DNA of 64,000 nucleotides, taken from contig CBDBOV010000003.1 of NCBI GenBank assembly GCA_965208575.1, positions 416,001-480,000 of the forward strand. The letters are read 5' to 3'. Source of the DNA: Spirochaetia bacterium (GTDB lineage: Bacteria > Spirochaetota > Spirochaetia > SZUA-6 > Bin103). This document shows positions 39,293 to 49,958 of this stretch, in pieces. Under the pieces are notes generated by a model. It ran no database searches. It saw only the letters and a program-made list of their open reading frames with translations, and was not told the DNA's origin. Every line of letters starts with the position of its first letter. Within the stretch, counting starts at the first letter, position 1. Made by a program: the position numbers and the translations under genes.

Positions 39293-40132
39293 ATGAGACC
39301 CTGGATTGACTGTCACAACCACGTCGGGCGCACCCTGAACCGGCTGCCGCCCACCGGCCAGAGCACCGCCATGGCGCTGGCCCGATTCGCCGAGACGAAT
39401 GTCTACGCCAGCCTTTCGATGCCGACCGCCACCGGCGGCCTGATGCTGCGCGGGCTGGAGGATATCCGCGACCAGAACCGGGTGATCGCCCGCGCCGGCC
39501 GCGACTTTCCCGCGCACACGCCGCTGGGACTGGCGCTGGTGGAGCCGTGCCTGGGGCGCGTCGCCGTCGACGAGGCGGAGTGGGCGATGAGCGAGCTGGG
39601 CCTGCACGGCATCGTCTCCCACCCGCCGGTGCGCGAGGCGTGCATCCCGTTCGTGGAGATGGCCGCGGCACGCGGCGGGCTGTGCAACGTGCACATGCAC
39701 GACGCCCTGTTCGGCGAGATCGCGCGCATGTTCCCCGGCGCCACCTTCATCACCCATGCCAGCAGCCACGCCGCCGAGCACTTCGCGGGGCTGGACAACG
39801 TCTGGTTCGAGGTGGTGCAGTACCCGGACGGGCGCGGCAGCCGCTGGGACTTCGGCCGGCTGGCCGGCCAGGTGGGCCGCGAGCGGATAATGTTCGGCGC
39901 CGACCTGCCCTATTACGACTACCGCCTGCTGCAGCGGATCATCGAACAGGCGCCGGTCGACGACGACCTCAAGGACCGCATCGCCTACCGCAACATGCTG
40001 GAGCTGATCCGCCAGTACAACCCACAGTGGCGCATGCCCGACGCCCCGCCCGCGGCCCCTCGCGTGTATCGCGCCGAGGAGCTGTGGGCCGTGGACCCGG
40101 ACAAGCCCGACCGGCTGACCGTCTACGGCTGA
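39293..40132 (+). CDS. Amidohydrolase-family metallohydrolase (copy 1)
   Basis: IDCHNH, VH.H, ITH, RIMFGADLP; AGGAGG SD. Confidence 0.85.
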   Translation: MRPWIDCHNHVGRTLNRLPPTGQSTAMALARFAETNVYASLSMPTATGGLMLRGLEDIRDQNRVIARAGRDFPAHTPLGLALVEPCLGRVAVDEAEWAMSELGLHGIVSHPPVREACIPFVEMAAARGGLCNVHMHDALFGEIARMFPGATFITHASSHAAEHFAGLDNVWFEVVQYPDGRGSRWDFGRLAGQVGRERIMFGADLPYYDYRLLQRIIEQAPVDDDLKDRIAYRNMLELIRQYNPQWRMPDAPPAAPRVYRAEELWAVDPDKPDRLTVYG

Positions 40133-40154
40133 CCCGAGCGGCCCGCCGCGGCAC

Positions 40155-41058
40155 TCAGGCCGACCCTTTGAGAGCGGCGACTTCCTCGCGCAGCCGCACC
40201 AGCTCAGCTTGCTCAGCCTGGGCTCGGTTCCAGATCGCCCTGGTGCGCTCGTCGGGACCGTAGGCGCTCGGCGGCATCAGCATGGCGCGCTGCCGGTCCG
40301 AAAGGTCGCCATAGTGGTCAGCGTTGTAGTAGCAGGGGCTCCAGGCGACGGCGTGCGGCGTGTACTTGTAGAAGATCGTCCGCCGTTCGTTCGGTCCCCT
40401 CCACGGCACGGTTCCGTGGGCAAGGGCCTCGGTGAAGATGATGGCGTCGCCCGCGCCGACGGCCACGCGGTCCACGACCTCCGGGATTTCGTCCTGGGTG
40501 GCGCTGTTCTTCCAGTCTGGCGGCAGCTCGAAGTTGGCCTTGTGGCTGCCCGCGATGCAGGCGAAACCGCCATCGCCGGGCTGCACGGTGTTCAGTTCGT
40601 ACGCAACCGCGATCAGGCCGTTGTAAAACGTGCCGTTGTTGTAGCGGTAGTAGCACTGACCACCATCGGTGGGTCCTACAAGGGTGGTGTCCCCGCCGGC
40701 GCCCTGCCCGCCCCCGTGGAGATAGAGCGATCGGTGGTTCTCGGCATTGTTGACGTTGAGGTAGTCGTGATCGAGCCGGTAGCCCACGCCCAGGAGTTGT
40801 TCCAGATACGGCGCGATGGTGGGAAGGTCGATCAGGTCGATGTAGGGGCCGCCCCACTCGAGCAGCGAGGCCGACGACCAGGCCCGGTCGGCATGGTCCG
40901 GCAACCGGGTTCGGTCGGACCCGTAGTGACGCCTGGCGCCCTTGGGCCCGCACCCGGTCGAACTGCTCGGACAAGGCGGCGACCTGGTCGGCGGTCAGGG
41001 CGTTTCTGACGACAAGGTACCCGCGCAAGTCGAAGAAATACTTCTCATGATGGTTCAC
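40155..41058 (-). pseudogene. PhyH-family dioxygenase (copy 1), +1 frameshift near 40945
   Basis: 904 bp vs the 903-bp intact copy; YFFDLRGY, LHGG, GSHK, GDAIIFTEALAHG. Confidence 0.8.
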
Positions 41059-41136
41059 AACCCAGACTGTACCGCCCGCTGAGCCAATGGCGCGAACAGG
41101 GTTGGATGGGCGCGTCCGAACCGGGCCACCTCCTCT

Positions 41137-42612
41137 TCAGCAACCGGGGATCGACATCCTGGGCAGCAGAATGTCGGTCAAATCGCCGTCGACGCCGATG
41201 TCGGCAAGCAGCGCCAGGTGGGGGTGAAACTCCCCGATCTCGTACAGCGCATGGGCGTCACTCCCAAGGCTGATGCGAACGCCCGCCCTGATGCAGTCGG
41301 CGAAGAACGATGGTGGCGGCTCGTTAGTGTGGAAGTTGATCTCCGCCGCCACCCCGTGCTCCCGCAACAGCGCCACCGTGGGGGCGAACAGAGACGTCGG
41401 CACCGCAACGCCCGCGCGCCGGAAGACGCGGAACGGATGTGCCAGCACGTCGATGCCGTGGCGGCAGAGCCGAGCTACGATGCGGAGGAACTCGTCGGCC
41501 GCACGCGCGGTGTCAGGTGTGGGGGTTCGCAACTCCGGCAGCCAGTGAACGGCGCCGACGACGATATCGGCCCGCTCCAGGTCGGCAGGCTCGGCCACCG
41601 GGTTACCGGCGAAGTCGGCGTCGACCTCGAGTCCGGTCAACACGGAGTCGCTGCGATGCTCGGCGGCGGCTTGCCAGTAGTCGGCCATCCGCTCTGCCCG
41701 CCCGGTCCTGCCGTCGATGCCGCTCTCTCCGAGCATGCCGCTCCAGTACGTCGGGCTGTCGAAGTAGAGCTGGCCACTGTGTTCGGTGAACGCCAGCTGC
41801 TCGAGCCCAATCATCGCCGCGAAACCCGCACTCTGCGCCATGTCCACATCTTCGCCGCAGTAGGCAAACTGGGTATGCGAGTGGTAGTCGTTCAATGCCA
41901 GCGAACCTTGCAGCCGATGCTCCAGCACTTCGACGCCGATGTCGTCATCGTCAAGCGTCACAACGGCGAACGAGAACGGCGCCTCACACAGCGCCGGCGC
42001 GACCAGCGTCGTCACCCCGTCCTTCTGCCGTAGCCCGACACCGGGGTGATAGTGACCGCCTACTGCCAGCGTGTACCCATGGGCGCGCATCGTGGTGGTG
42101 ACTTCGGCACAGTTGGTGTAGCCGTAGCTGGCCTCGCCGCCGGGTACGGCGACGGGCACGTGCTGCAGCGCCACCAGCGGCCCGCGGTGGCCGTCGGCCA
42201 CGGCGGCCATCCGGTTCAGGTCCCGCGCGCTCCGCGACGCGTTGTAGCCCGGTTCTTCGGCGTCCACGAAGCTCGCCATGCGCACATTGTTGACATCCAG
42301 ATGCTCGACGCGCTCGAAGACGTCGTAGAATACGGCCGGACTCGGATCGTGATTGCCGGGCAGCGCCAGCCATGGGCAGTCGAGTCGCTCGAGGAGGTCA
42401 CGCAGTGCCCCCAGCAGAGCCGACGCGTCGGCAGCGTGCGGGTCATCTACCAGGTCGCCCAGGACGACGGTGACATCCGGCTTGACGTAACGATTCAACC
42501 TCTCGATCGTGCGGCGCAGCAGCACCGCACCCCACTGGCCTTGTCTGGCCGCGACGTTCGGCGGCGTGACGCAGTAGTGGATGTCCGTGATGACGGCAAT
42601 TCGGCAACTCAT
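41137..42612 (-). CDS. Calcineurin-like metallophosphoesterase fused to a PHP domain
   Basis: N: DIH, GDLVD, GNHD, HVP, GHYH; C: DYHSHT, TEH, GLEVD, LAHP, GSDAH. Confidence 0.85.
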   Translation of the reverse strand: MSCRIAVITDIHYCVTPPNVAARQGQWGAVLLRRTIERLNRYVKPDVTVVLGDLVDDPHAADASALLGALRDLLERLDCPWLALPGNHDPSPAVFYDVFERVEHLDVNNVRMASFVDAEEPGYNASRSARDLNRMAAVADGHRGPLVALQHVPVAVPGGEASYGYTNCAEVTTTMRAHGYTLAVGGHYHPGVGLRQKDGVTTLVAPALCEAPFSFAVVTLDDDDIGVEVLEHRLQGSLALNDYHSHTQFAYCGEDVDMAQSAGFAAMIGLEQLAFTEHSGQLYFDSPTYWSGMLGESGIDGRTGRAERMADYWQAAAEHRSDSVLTGLEVDADFAGNPVAEPADLERADIVVGAVHWLPELRTPTPDTARAADEFLRIVARLCRHGIDVLAHPFRVFRRAGVAVPTSLFAPTVALLREHGVAAEINFHTNEPPPSFFADCIRAGVRISLGSDAHALYEIGEFHPHLALLADIGVDGDLTDILLPRMSIPGC

Positions 42613-42634
42613 ACTCCGCTCCTTCGACCCGTTG

Positions 42635-43768
42635 CTACTTGTACGGGTCGGATGCGTCGCGCAGTCCGTCTCCCAGAAAGCTGAAAGCGATGACGGTAGT
42701 GATGACGAACAGGCCCGGAATAAGAAGCCACGGGTAGAGAGCTACGACGTTCACTTGCTGCGCTCCTTTGAGCAGCGCGCCCCAGCTGACGGCCGGGGGA
42801 CGGATGCCAAGGCCGAGAAAGCTCAGAGCCGTCTCGCCAATGATCATGTTGGGTATGGACAGCGTCAGGCTGACGATCAGATAGCTCAAGAACGACGGCA
42901 GAAGATGCCTGATGATGATCTTCCGGTCTTTGGCGCCGGCGATTCCGGCCGCCAGGATGTAGTCCTCTTCCCGCACGCTGATGAGTTTGCCCCGCACCAC
43001 CCTTGCCAGCTGGCACCAACCCATGAACGAGACGATTATCGTAATGGCGAAGTAGGTCCTGATAATCGGCCAATCCGCGGGAACGGCAGCGGCGAGGGCC
43101 ATCCACAGCGGTATGTATGGCAGCGATAGGAAGAACTCGATAACCCTTTGGATGATGACGTCGATGGTGCCGCCGAAGTATCCCGACACGCCGCCCAGTA
43201 TGCAGCCCAGAGCGAAGGCGATTGCCACGCCTACCAGGCCGATGCTCAAGGAAACGCGGGTACCGTAAATGATCCGGGAGAACAAGTCTCTGCCCAACCT
43301 GTCGGTGCCAAACAGCAGCAAGGGCGCTGCGGGATCCTGCAGACCGAACAGATGGAGATTCGTCTCGAACAGGCCCCAGAGCCGGTACGGGCGGCCATGC
43401 ACGAAGAAAGAAATCGCGTAGCGTTCGCTCTTATCTTCGGCGAACTTCCAGCTCCAGGTCTCCGCATCGCGCGTCTTTTCGATGCCGTACACGAAGAAGC
43501 CGAAATGGAACCGGCCTTCCGCATCGACCAGCCGAACCCGCTGGGGTGGATGATACCGGTAGTCCGTGCGATCCAGCGGGCCATAGGGCGCCACAAACTC
43601 GGCCCAAACCACCAGAAAGTAGAAGATGAAGAGCACCACGCCACCAGTAACGGCCAGTTTATGCTTCCTGAACTTCCGCCACATAAGCTGCCACTGAGAG
43701 GCTATGTAGTACCTCTCCTCGGCGCTGATACCGCGTCCTTCCGGCATGCTGCTGCGCCTATTTCTCAT
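42635..43768 (-). CDS. ABC permease (DppC/OppC-like)
   Basis: FGTDRLGRDLFSR, ETALSFLGLG, GDGLRDASDP. Confidence 0.9.
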   Translation of the reverse strand: MRNRRSSMPEGRGISAEERYYIASQWQLMWRKFRKHKLAVTGGVVLFIFYFLVVWAEFVAPYGPLDRTDYRYHPPQRVRLVDAEGRFHFGFFVYGIEKTRDAETWSWKFAEDKSERYAISFFVHGRPYRLWGLFETNLHLFGLQDPAAPLLLFGTDRLGRDLFSRIIYGTRVSLSIGLVGVAIAFALGCILGGVSGYFGGTIDVIIQRVIEFFLSLPYIPLWMALAAAVPADWPIIRTYFAITIIVSFMGWCQLARVVRGKLISVREEDYILAAGIAGAKDRKIIIRHLLPSFLSYLIVSLTLSIPNMIIGETALSFLGLGIRPPAVSWGALLKGAQQVNVVALYPWLLIPGLFVITTVIAFSFLGDGLRDASDPYK

Positions 43769-44744
43769 AGCGAATCCGCGGATCGAGCCACAGCAACAGC
43801 ATATCGGAGATGAATGTGCCGAGGACCGTCAGAACGCTCAGAAACAGCACGGCGCTTCCCGCCAGATAGCTGTCCTGGCTCATCAGAGCGCTAAACAGCA
43901 AGGCCCCGGTCGTGGGCAGACTCAGCACGATCGCCGTAATGGTGGACCCCGAGACAACGGCAGGCAGCACCCAACCTATGGTGCTCACGATGGGGTTGAT
44001 CGAAACCCGCACGGGATACTTGAACAGCAGTTTTCTTTCCACCACCCCTTTGGCGCGCGCAGTTACGACGTATTGCTTTCTCAGCTCGTCCAGCAGGACG
44101 CCGCGCATGACGCGGATCACTCCCGCGGTGCCGGCCGTACCGATGACAAGGACGGGCACGGGCAGGTGTTTCAGCATGTCCAGAAACTTGGCGATGCTCC
44201 AGGCGGCGACCTCGTACTCAGGAGAGAAGAGGCCTCCGGGACTCCAGCCGAACCAGGAATAGAAGCCAAACATCAGAATCAAGGCCAGAAGAAAGTTCGG
44301 CGTGGCGAGGCCGATGACACCGAGAAAGGTGAATGCATAGTCACGAACGGAATACTGGTGGAGAGCCGAATACATGCCGATGGGCACGCCTACGCCGTAT
44401 ATGAATACCATCGAGAAGCTGGAGATGATGATCGTCAGGGGCAAGCGCTCGACAAGAAGCTCGCCCACGGGTCTGTTCCATTCGAAGGATCTGCCAAAAT
44501 CCCCTCGCATCATGTCGCCCAACCACTTCAGGTAGCGGCGATACAGTGGCAGGTTCAGACCGTACTGCTTCTCCAGGGAGGCGATCTCCGCCTTGGAGAC
44601 CTCGTTCCCGCTCTCTCGGAGCTGCATGATGTAGGAAGTGAGGTAGTCGCCGGGAGGAAGCTCGATCAGCATGAACGACACGGTGGCCGTGGCCAAGAGC
44701 ACAACCACCATATAGCTCATCCGCCGAACGATGTAGGGCAGCAA
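43758..44744 (-). CDS. ABC permease (DppB/OppB-like)
   Basis: IELPPGD, YVVTARAKG, LDPRI; probable TTG start 44744 after AGAGGG. Confidence 0.88.
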   Translation of the reverse strand: MLPYIVRRMSYMVVVLLATATVSFMLIELPPGDYLTSYIMQLRESGNEVSKAEIASLEKQYGLNLPLYRRYLKWLGDMMRGDFGRSFEWNRPVGELLVERLPLTIIISSFSMVFIYGVGVPIGMYSALHQYSVRDYAFTFLGVIGLATPNFLLALILMFGFYSWFGWSPGGLFSPEYEVAAWSIAKFLDMLKHLPVPVLVIGTAGTAGVIRVMRGVLLDELRKQYVVTARAKGVVERKLLFKYPVRVSINPIVSTIGWVLPAVVSGSTITAIVLSLPTTGALLFSALMSQDSYLAGSAVLFLSVLTVLGTFISDMLLLWLDPRIRYEK

Positions 44745-44765
44745 ACGCGGATTCCCTCTGCTAGC

Positions 44766-44791
44766 GGGGCCGCCCTCTTGCGGGCGGCCCC
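44766..44791. terminator. Intercistronic stem-loop after the SBP gene
   Basis: GGGGCCGCCC-TCTTGC-GGGCGGCCCC, perfect 10-bp stem. Confidence 0.55.
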
Positions 44792-44797
44792 TGTTGC

Positions 44798-46849
44798 TCA
44801 ATTATCGAAAAACCACACCTCTGGAAGGTAAGAATACACGTACAGACTGTCCCACGTGTACACACCCTGGTCCAGGGCGACGTTCCTCAGATCCTTGTTC
44901 AGAACTAGGGGTTGCCGGATGTCCGTGACGGTGCCGATCAGGTTGACCTGATCGATGAACCAGTCGAACAGCTCCTGCCCCAGTTCGATGTACTCGGGCG
45001 AGCCCTGCGGGAGGACCACGAACTTATCCGTGCCTTCGAACCACTCCTTTACTTCCTCAGGAGGCTCCTCGCCGGATTGTCCCTGGGTGTCCCGCCATTT
45101 GATCCACTCCACGCCGGCGCCTATCCCGCCGGAGAAGTTGATAGAGCCGTTCTTTGAGGCCAGCAGCGGCCCCTCCAGTGCGGCGTCCAGATGCCACACC
45201 CCGACGTCGTGCTCGGCGGCATTGATCCGGGTGAAGTAGAACGTGCGCTCCAGGGGCTTCAGCTCTGTCTGTACACCGACTGCATCCCAGTATTCTTTTA
45301 TGAGTTCGAGCGTCGGCGTTCTGGGCCCTCTCTCCTGGTACTCTATGATCACCACGAGCTTCTCGCCGTCGGGCCTCAGGCGAAAGCCGCTGTCGTCCCG
45401 CTCCGCCAGGCCGATCTCATCCAGAAGTCTGTTGGCATGATCCGGATCGAACTGAGCCCACGCGTTTTCCCACCCCTGCTTGTAAAAGCTGGTTGATGCG
45501 TCCGGTGTCACCGCCGAGGGAACCCCCTGGCCGGCGAAAACGATCTCGTTGATTTCGTCCCGATTAATGGCCATGGACATGGCCCGCCGAAACGCGACAT
45601 TCTGGAAAATCTCCCGCTTGGCAGGATCCTTGCTGGTCTGGTTGAAGGCCAGGAACACGAGGTGCCCGGGATATTTTACCAGCGCAACACGATAGCCCGC
45701 GCTCTCCTGGTTCTTCAACAACAAGGGATAGTCGTCTCCCGAGACCTCTCTCCAGTTGATGTCGAATTCGCCCGCCACCACCTGCAGTTTCAGAGTCTCT
45801 GCGTCACCGACCAAGGATCTGGTGATGCTGTCTATGTAGGGTAGCTGGTTGCCCGCCGTGTCGACCGCCAGGTAGTAGGGATTCCTGACGAAAGTCCGGT
45901 GGGTGGGAGCAACGGTATCCAGTGCCCACGCGGCAACCACAGGCAACCCCGTGTCCGTCTGCTGCGGCCCGTAGGTTCGGTGGAAATTGAAGGCCTCCCA
46001 CCAAGTGTCATAGCCTTCCTTTTTTGCTACCGCGGTGGCCTCGGAGTTGTGCTCTATGTGCCAGTTCTTCAGATATTCGCTTGGCTGGTAGAATGCGTTC
46101 TGCCGGCCGCCGTGGTGGGCAATGGTGAAGACCGCGGCGGGATTCGATTCCGCAAACCGGATGCGCAGGGTAGTGTCGTCAATCTTCTCGAATTGCGCGA
46201 GTTCGCCTCCCGACATCCACCGTCCGGGTTTGGTCGGTGTAAGCTCATCGTTCAGGATCTGGTCCTCCCACCAGAAGAGTACGTCCTCAAGGGTAAACGG
46301 CGAGCCGTCGGACCACTTGTGGCCCTCCCTGAAGTGAAGGGTGATAGTCTTGCCGTCTGCCGAGAGCTCGTAACCCTTGGTCAGGTAGGGCAGCACCTGG
46401 GCGGTATCCGCACTGTATCTCAGCAGTCCGGGCCAGCGAGCATCGGTGAAATCCGTCCACCCGGTAAAGCCGACCGAACCCACACGCATGCTGCCGCCGT
46501 ATTGGCCTACCTTCTCCATCGGAACCAGCACCAGTGGCTCTTTGGGAAGCCTCTGTTCCACTGGCGGGATCTCTCCGGAGGTGACCCTGGCCGTCAACTC
46601 CGGCGCTTCCTGGTAGCTGGTTATCTCGTGGCCGGTGGCTTCCGTGAAGTCGGCCGGCGTGGCATACACGAAATCCCCCGTCTTGAAAGCAGCGTTGGGC
46701 CACTGGTCAGCCGCTGCCGTCAGTGCTTGCTGCGCCGCACCGCCTGCACCGGCCGCTGCCTCCTCGGGTTCGGCCTCACCGCCTCCAAAGACCGTCGCGG
46801 TCGCCACCAGGGCGATCAGCGCAAAGGCCAACAATCTCCTGTGAAACAT
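44798..46849 (-). CDS. Family-5 ABC solute-binding protein
   Basis: AAGGAGG SD, MFHRRLLAFALIAL signal peptide, YQEAPEL..PPVEQRLP, KWSDG.PFT, RNPYY..DTAGNQLPYID. Confidence 0.92.
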   Translation of the reverse strand: MFHRRLLAFALIALVATATVFGGGEAEPEEAAAGAGGAAQQALTAAADQWPNAAFKTGDFVYATPADFTEATGHEITSYQEAPELTARVTSGEIPPVEQRLPKEPLVLVPMEKVGQYGGSMRVGSVGFTGWTDFTDARWPGLLRYSADTAQVLPYLTKGYELSADGKTITLHFREGHKWSDGSPFTLEDVLFWWEDQILNDELTPTKPGRWMSGGELAQFEKIDDTTLRIRFAESNPAAVFTIAHHGGRQNAFYQPSEYLKNWHIEHNSEATAVAKKEGYDTWWEAFNFHRTYGPQQTDTGLPVVAAWALDTVAPTHRTFVRNPYYLAVDTAGNQLPYIDSITRSLVGDAETLKLQVVAGEFDINWREVSGDDYPLLLKNQESAGYRVALVKYPGHLVFLAFNQTSKDPAKREIFQNVAFRRAMSMAINRDEINEIVFAGQGVPSAVTPDASTSFYKQGWENAWAQFDPDHANRLLDEIGLAERDDSGFRLRPDGEKLVVIIEYQERGPRTPTLELIKEYWDAVGVQTELKPLERTFYFTRINAAEHDVGVWHLDAALEGPLLASKNGSINFSGGIGAGVEWIKWRDTQGQSGEEPPEEVKEWFEGTDKFVVLPQGSPEYIELGQELFDWFIDQVNLIGTVTDIRQPLVLNKDLRNVALDQGVYTWDSLYVYSYLPEVWFFDN

Positions 46850-47071
46850 CGTTATCCTCCTTGAGTGATGGATCAGCATATCGAACCCCCCGAACGAGTG
46901 TAAAGCACGGCGAGCCGCTTCGGGGTCGTGACTGATCAGGACGAGGGCGAGGCGGTGGTCGCGGTCGCGACGGCGGTCGCCGGCGGGTGTGGCAAGATTG
47001 GCGCGGCACCGCCAAGGCTGGTCCGGCGCCTGGTGGCGCGGCGCCGGTCGAATTGGATTAAGATGGTGGAG

Positions 47072-48133
47072 ATGCAGCGACCGATACGCTTGGGTCTGAT
47101 CGGCTGCGGCGGCATCGTGCGGATCGCACACGCGCCGGGCTATCAGTCGATCCCCGAACTGGTGCAGGTCACCGCGCTGGCCGATCCGGTCGGCGACAAC
47201 CTGCAGCAGGTGGGGCAGATGCTGGCCGTGCCGCCGGAGCGGCGCTACGCCGACCATCGGCAGATGCTGGAGCACGCCGAGTTGGACGCGGTCACCATCG
47301 CCACGCCGCACCACCTGCACGCCGCGCACGCGATGGACGCGGCGGCTGCGGGCGTGGCCGTGATCTCCGAGAAACCGATGGCCACCTCCGTGGATGAGGC
47401 GCAGCAGGTGCTGGCGGCGGTGGAGCGCCACGGCGTGCCCTACGCGGTGGTGCACAACTTCCTGTTCACCCCGGGCATGGAGCGGGCGCGGGCGCTGCTG
47501 GCCGCGGGCGCCGGCGTGGGGACACCCTTCTTCGGCCGCGCCAAGTCGCTGTTCAACAAGACCGACGATCGCGCCGACCCGAACAACGAGTGGCGCGCCT
47601 CGCGCGCGGCCGGGGGCGGCGCCATCAACGACACCGCCTACCACGAGATCTACCTGCTGGAGACGCTGGTCGGCTCGCCGGTGCGCTACGTGGAGGCGCG
47701 CGTGGCCACTCAGCACTTCGCCTTCGACGTGGACGACCTGGCGCTGCTGCTGCTGGAGCACGAGGGGGGCGCCCTGTCCACGGTGGCCACCTCCTGGTGC
47801 GTCCCCGGCGGCGACGCCGGCGAGAGCGCCAACCTGGCCGAGGCGCAGGGCCCGGCGGGCGGGGTGCGCGTGATGCGCCGCGGCCGCGGACTGTGGCAGT
47901 ATGCGCGCGATACCCGGCAGTGGTGGGAGGTGGCGCTGCCGCCGCAGCCGGCGTGGGCGGAAAGCGGCCATGGGCGCTACTTCGCCGCCACCTTCGAGGC
48001 CCTGGCCGCGGGCGCGCCGCCCCCGATCGGCGGCGAGCTGGCCTTGCACAACCTGCGCATCGTCGCCGCTGCCCGCCGCGCCAGCGCCGAACGCCGCGCC
48101 GTCGAGCTGCCGCCGCCGGACGCCGCCGGCTAA
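47072..48133 (+). CDS. Gfo/Idh/MocA oxidoreductase (copy 2)
   Basis: Same protein as copy 1 apart from two substitutions seen (V/I, H/N). Confidence 0.92.
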   Translation: MQRPIRLGLIGCGGIVRIAHAPGYQSIPELVQVTALADPVGDNLQQVGQMLAVPPERRYADHRQMLEHAELDAVTIATPHHLHAAHAMDAAAAGVAVISEKPMATSVDEAQQVLAAVERHGVPYAVVHNFLFTPGMERARALLAAGAGVGTPFFGRAKSLFNKTDDRADPNNEWRASRAAGGGAINDTAYHEIYLLETLVGSPVRYVEARVATQHFAFDVDDLALLLLEHEGGALSTVATSWCVPGGDAGESANLAEAQGPAGGVRVMRRGRGLWQYARDTRQWWEVALPPQPAWAESGHGRYFAATFEALAAGAPPPIGGELALHNLRIVAAARRASAERRAVELPPPDAAG

Positions 48134-48194
48134 GCGGAACACCCGGCACGCGACCCCCGAGCAACCGAGCAACCGAGCTTCAAGGAGGAGCACC

Positions 48195-49033
48195 ATGAGA
48201 CCCTGGATTGACTGTCACAACCACGTCGGGCGCACCCTGAACCGGCTGCCGCCCACCGGCCAGAGCACCGCCATGGCGCTGGCCCGATTCGCCGAGACGA
48301 ATGTCTACGCCAGCCTTTCGATGCCGACCGCCACCGGCGGCCTGATGCTGCGCGGGCTGGAGGATATCCGCGACCAGAACCGGGTGATCGCCCGCGCCCG
48401 CCGCGACTTTCCCGCGCACACGCCGCTGGGACTGGCGCTGGTGGAGCCGTGCCTGGGGCGCGTCGCCGTCGACGAGGCGGAGTGGGCGATGAGCGAACTG
48501 GGCCTGCACGGCATCGTCTCCCACCCGCCGGTGCGCGAGGCGTGCATCCCGTTCGTGGAGATGGCCGCGGCACGCGGCGGGCTGTGCAACGTGCACATGC
48601 ACGACGCCCTGTTCGGCGAGATCGCGCGCATGTTCCCCGGCGCCACCTTCATCACCCATGCCAGCAGCCACGCCGCCGAGCACTTCGCGGGGCTGGACAA
48701 CGTCTGGTTCGAGGTGGTGCAGTACCCGGACGGGCGCGGCAGCCGCTGGGACTTCGGCCGGCTGGCCGGCCAGGTGGGCCGCGAGCGGATACTGTTCGGC
48801 GCCGACCTGCCCTATTACGACTACCGCCTGCTGCAGCGGATCATCGAACAGGCGCCGGTCGACGACGACCTCAAGGACCGCATCGCCTACCGCAACATGC
48901 TGGAGCTGATCCGCCAGTACAACCCACAGTGGCGCATGCCCGACGCCCGCCCGCGGCCCCTCGCGTGTATCGCGCCGAGGAGCTGTGGGCCGTGGACCCG
49001 GACAAGCCCGACCGGCTGACCGTCTACGGCTGA
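48195..49033 (+). CDS. Amidohydrolase (copy 2), -1 frameshift near 48945
   Basis: C4 run of copy 1 is C3 here; last about 28 codons are shifted. Confidence 0.8.
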
Positions 49034-49055
49034 CCCGAGCGGCCCGCCGCGGCAC

Positions 49056-49958
49056 TCAGGCCGACCCTTTGAGAGCGGCGACTTCCTCGCGCAGCCGCAC
49101 CAGCTCAGCTTGCTCAGCCTGGGCTCGGTTCCAGATCGCCCTGGTGCGCTCGTCGGGACCGTAGGCGCTCGGCGGCATCAGCATGGCGCGCTGCCGGTCC
49201 GAAAGGTCGCCATAGTGGTCAGCGTTGTAGTAGCACGGGCTCCAGGCGACGGCGTGCGGAGTGTACTTGTAGAAGATCGTCCGCCGTTCGTTCGGTCCCC
49301 TCCAGGGCACGGTTCCGTGGGCAAGGGCTTCGGTGAAGATGATGGCGTCACCGGCGCCGACAGCCACGCGGTCCACGACCTCCGGGATTTCGTCCTGGGT
49401 GGCGCTGTTCTTCCAGTCAGGTGGCAGCTCGAAGTTGGCCTTGTGGCTGCCCGCGACGCAGGCGAAACCGCCATCGCCGGGCTGCACCGTGTGCAGTTCG
49501 TACGCAACCGCGATCAGACCGTTGTAAAACGTGCCGTTGTTGTAGCGGTAGTAGCACTGACCACCATCGGTGGGTCCCACGAGCGTGGTGTCTCCGCCGG
49601 CGCCCTGCCCGCCCCCGTGCAGATAGAGCGATCGGTGGTCCTCGGCATTGTTGACGTTGAGGTAGTCGTGATCGAGCCGGTAGCCCACTCCCAGGAGTTG
49701 TTCCAGATACGGCGCGATGGTGGGAAGGTCGATCAGGTCGATGTAGGGACCGCCCCACTCGAGCAGCGAGGCCGACGACCAGGCCCGGTCGGCATCGGCC
49801 GGCAACCGCGTTCGGTCGGACCCGTAGTGACGCCTGACGCCCTTGGCGCGCACCCGGTCGAACTGCTCGGACAAGGCGGCGACCTGGTCGGCGGTCAGGG
49901 CGTTTCTGACGACCAGGTACCCGCGCAAGTCGAAGAAATACTTCTCATGATGGTTCAC
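49056..49958 (-). CDS. PhyH-family dioxygenase (copy 2, intact)
   Basis: GTG 49958; YFFDLRGY, RLDH, LHGG, GSHK, EALAHG. Confidence 0.85.
   Translation of the reverse strand: MNHHEKYFFDLRGYLVVRNALTADQVAALSEQFDRVRAKGVRRHYGSDRTRLPADADRAWSSASLLEWGGPYIDLIDLPTIAPYLEQLLGVGYRLDHDYLNVNNAEDHRSLYLHGGGQGAGGDTTLVGPTDGGQCYYRYNNGTFYNGLIAVAYELHTVQPGDGGFACVAGSHKANFELPPDWKNSATQDEIPEVVDRVAVGAGDAIIFTEALAHGTVPWRGPNERRTIFYKYTPHAVAWSPCYYNADHYGDLSDRQRAMLMPPSAYGPDERTRAIWNRAQAEQAELVRLREEVAALKGSA

Larger units (their letters stand above)
38166..41060. repeat. About 2.9-kb direct repeat, copy 1
   Basis: Near-identical to 47068-49960, offset about 8.9 kb. Confidence 0.97.

Noticed and set aside
46850-48196. Apparent 450-aa N-terminal extension of the SBP (1132-aa ORF)
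   Set aside because: Antisense to oxidoreductase copy 2; real start has SD and signal peptide at 46849
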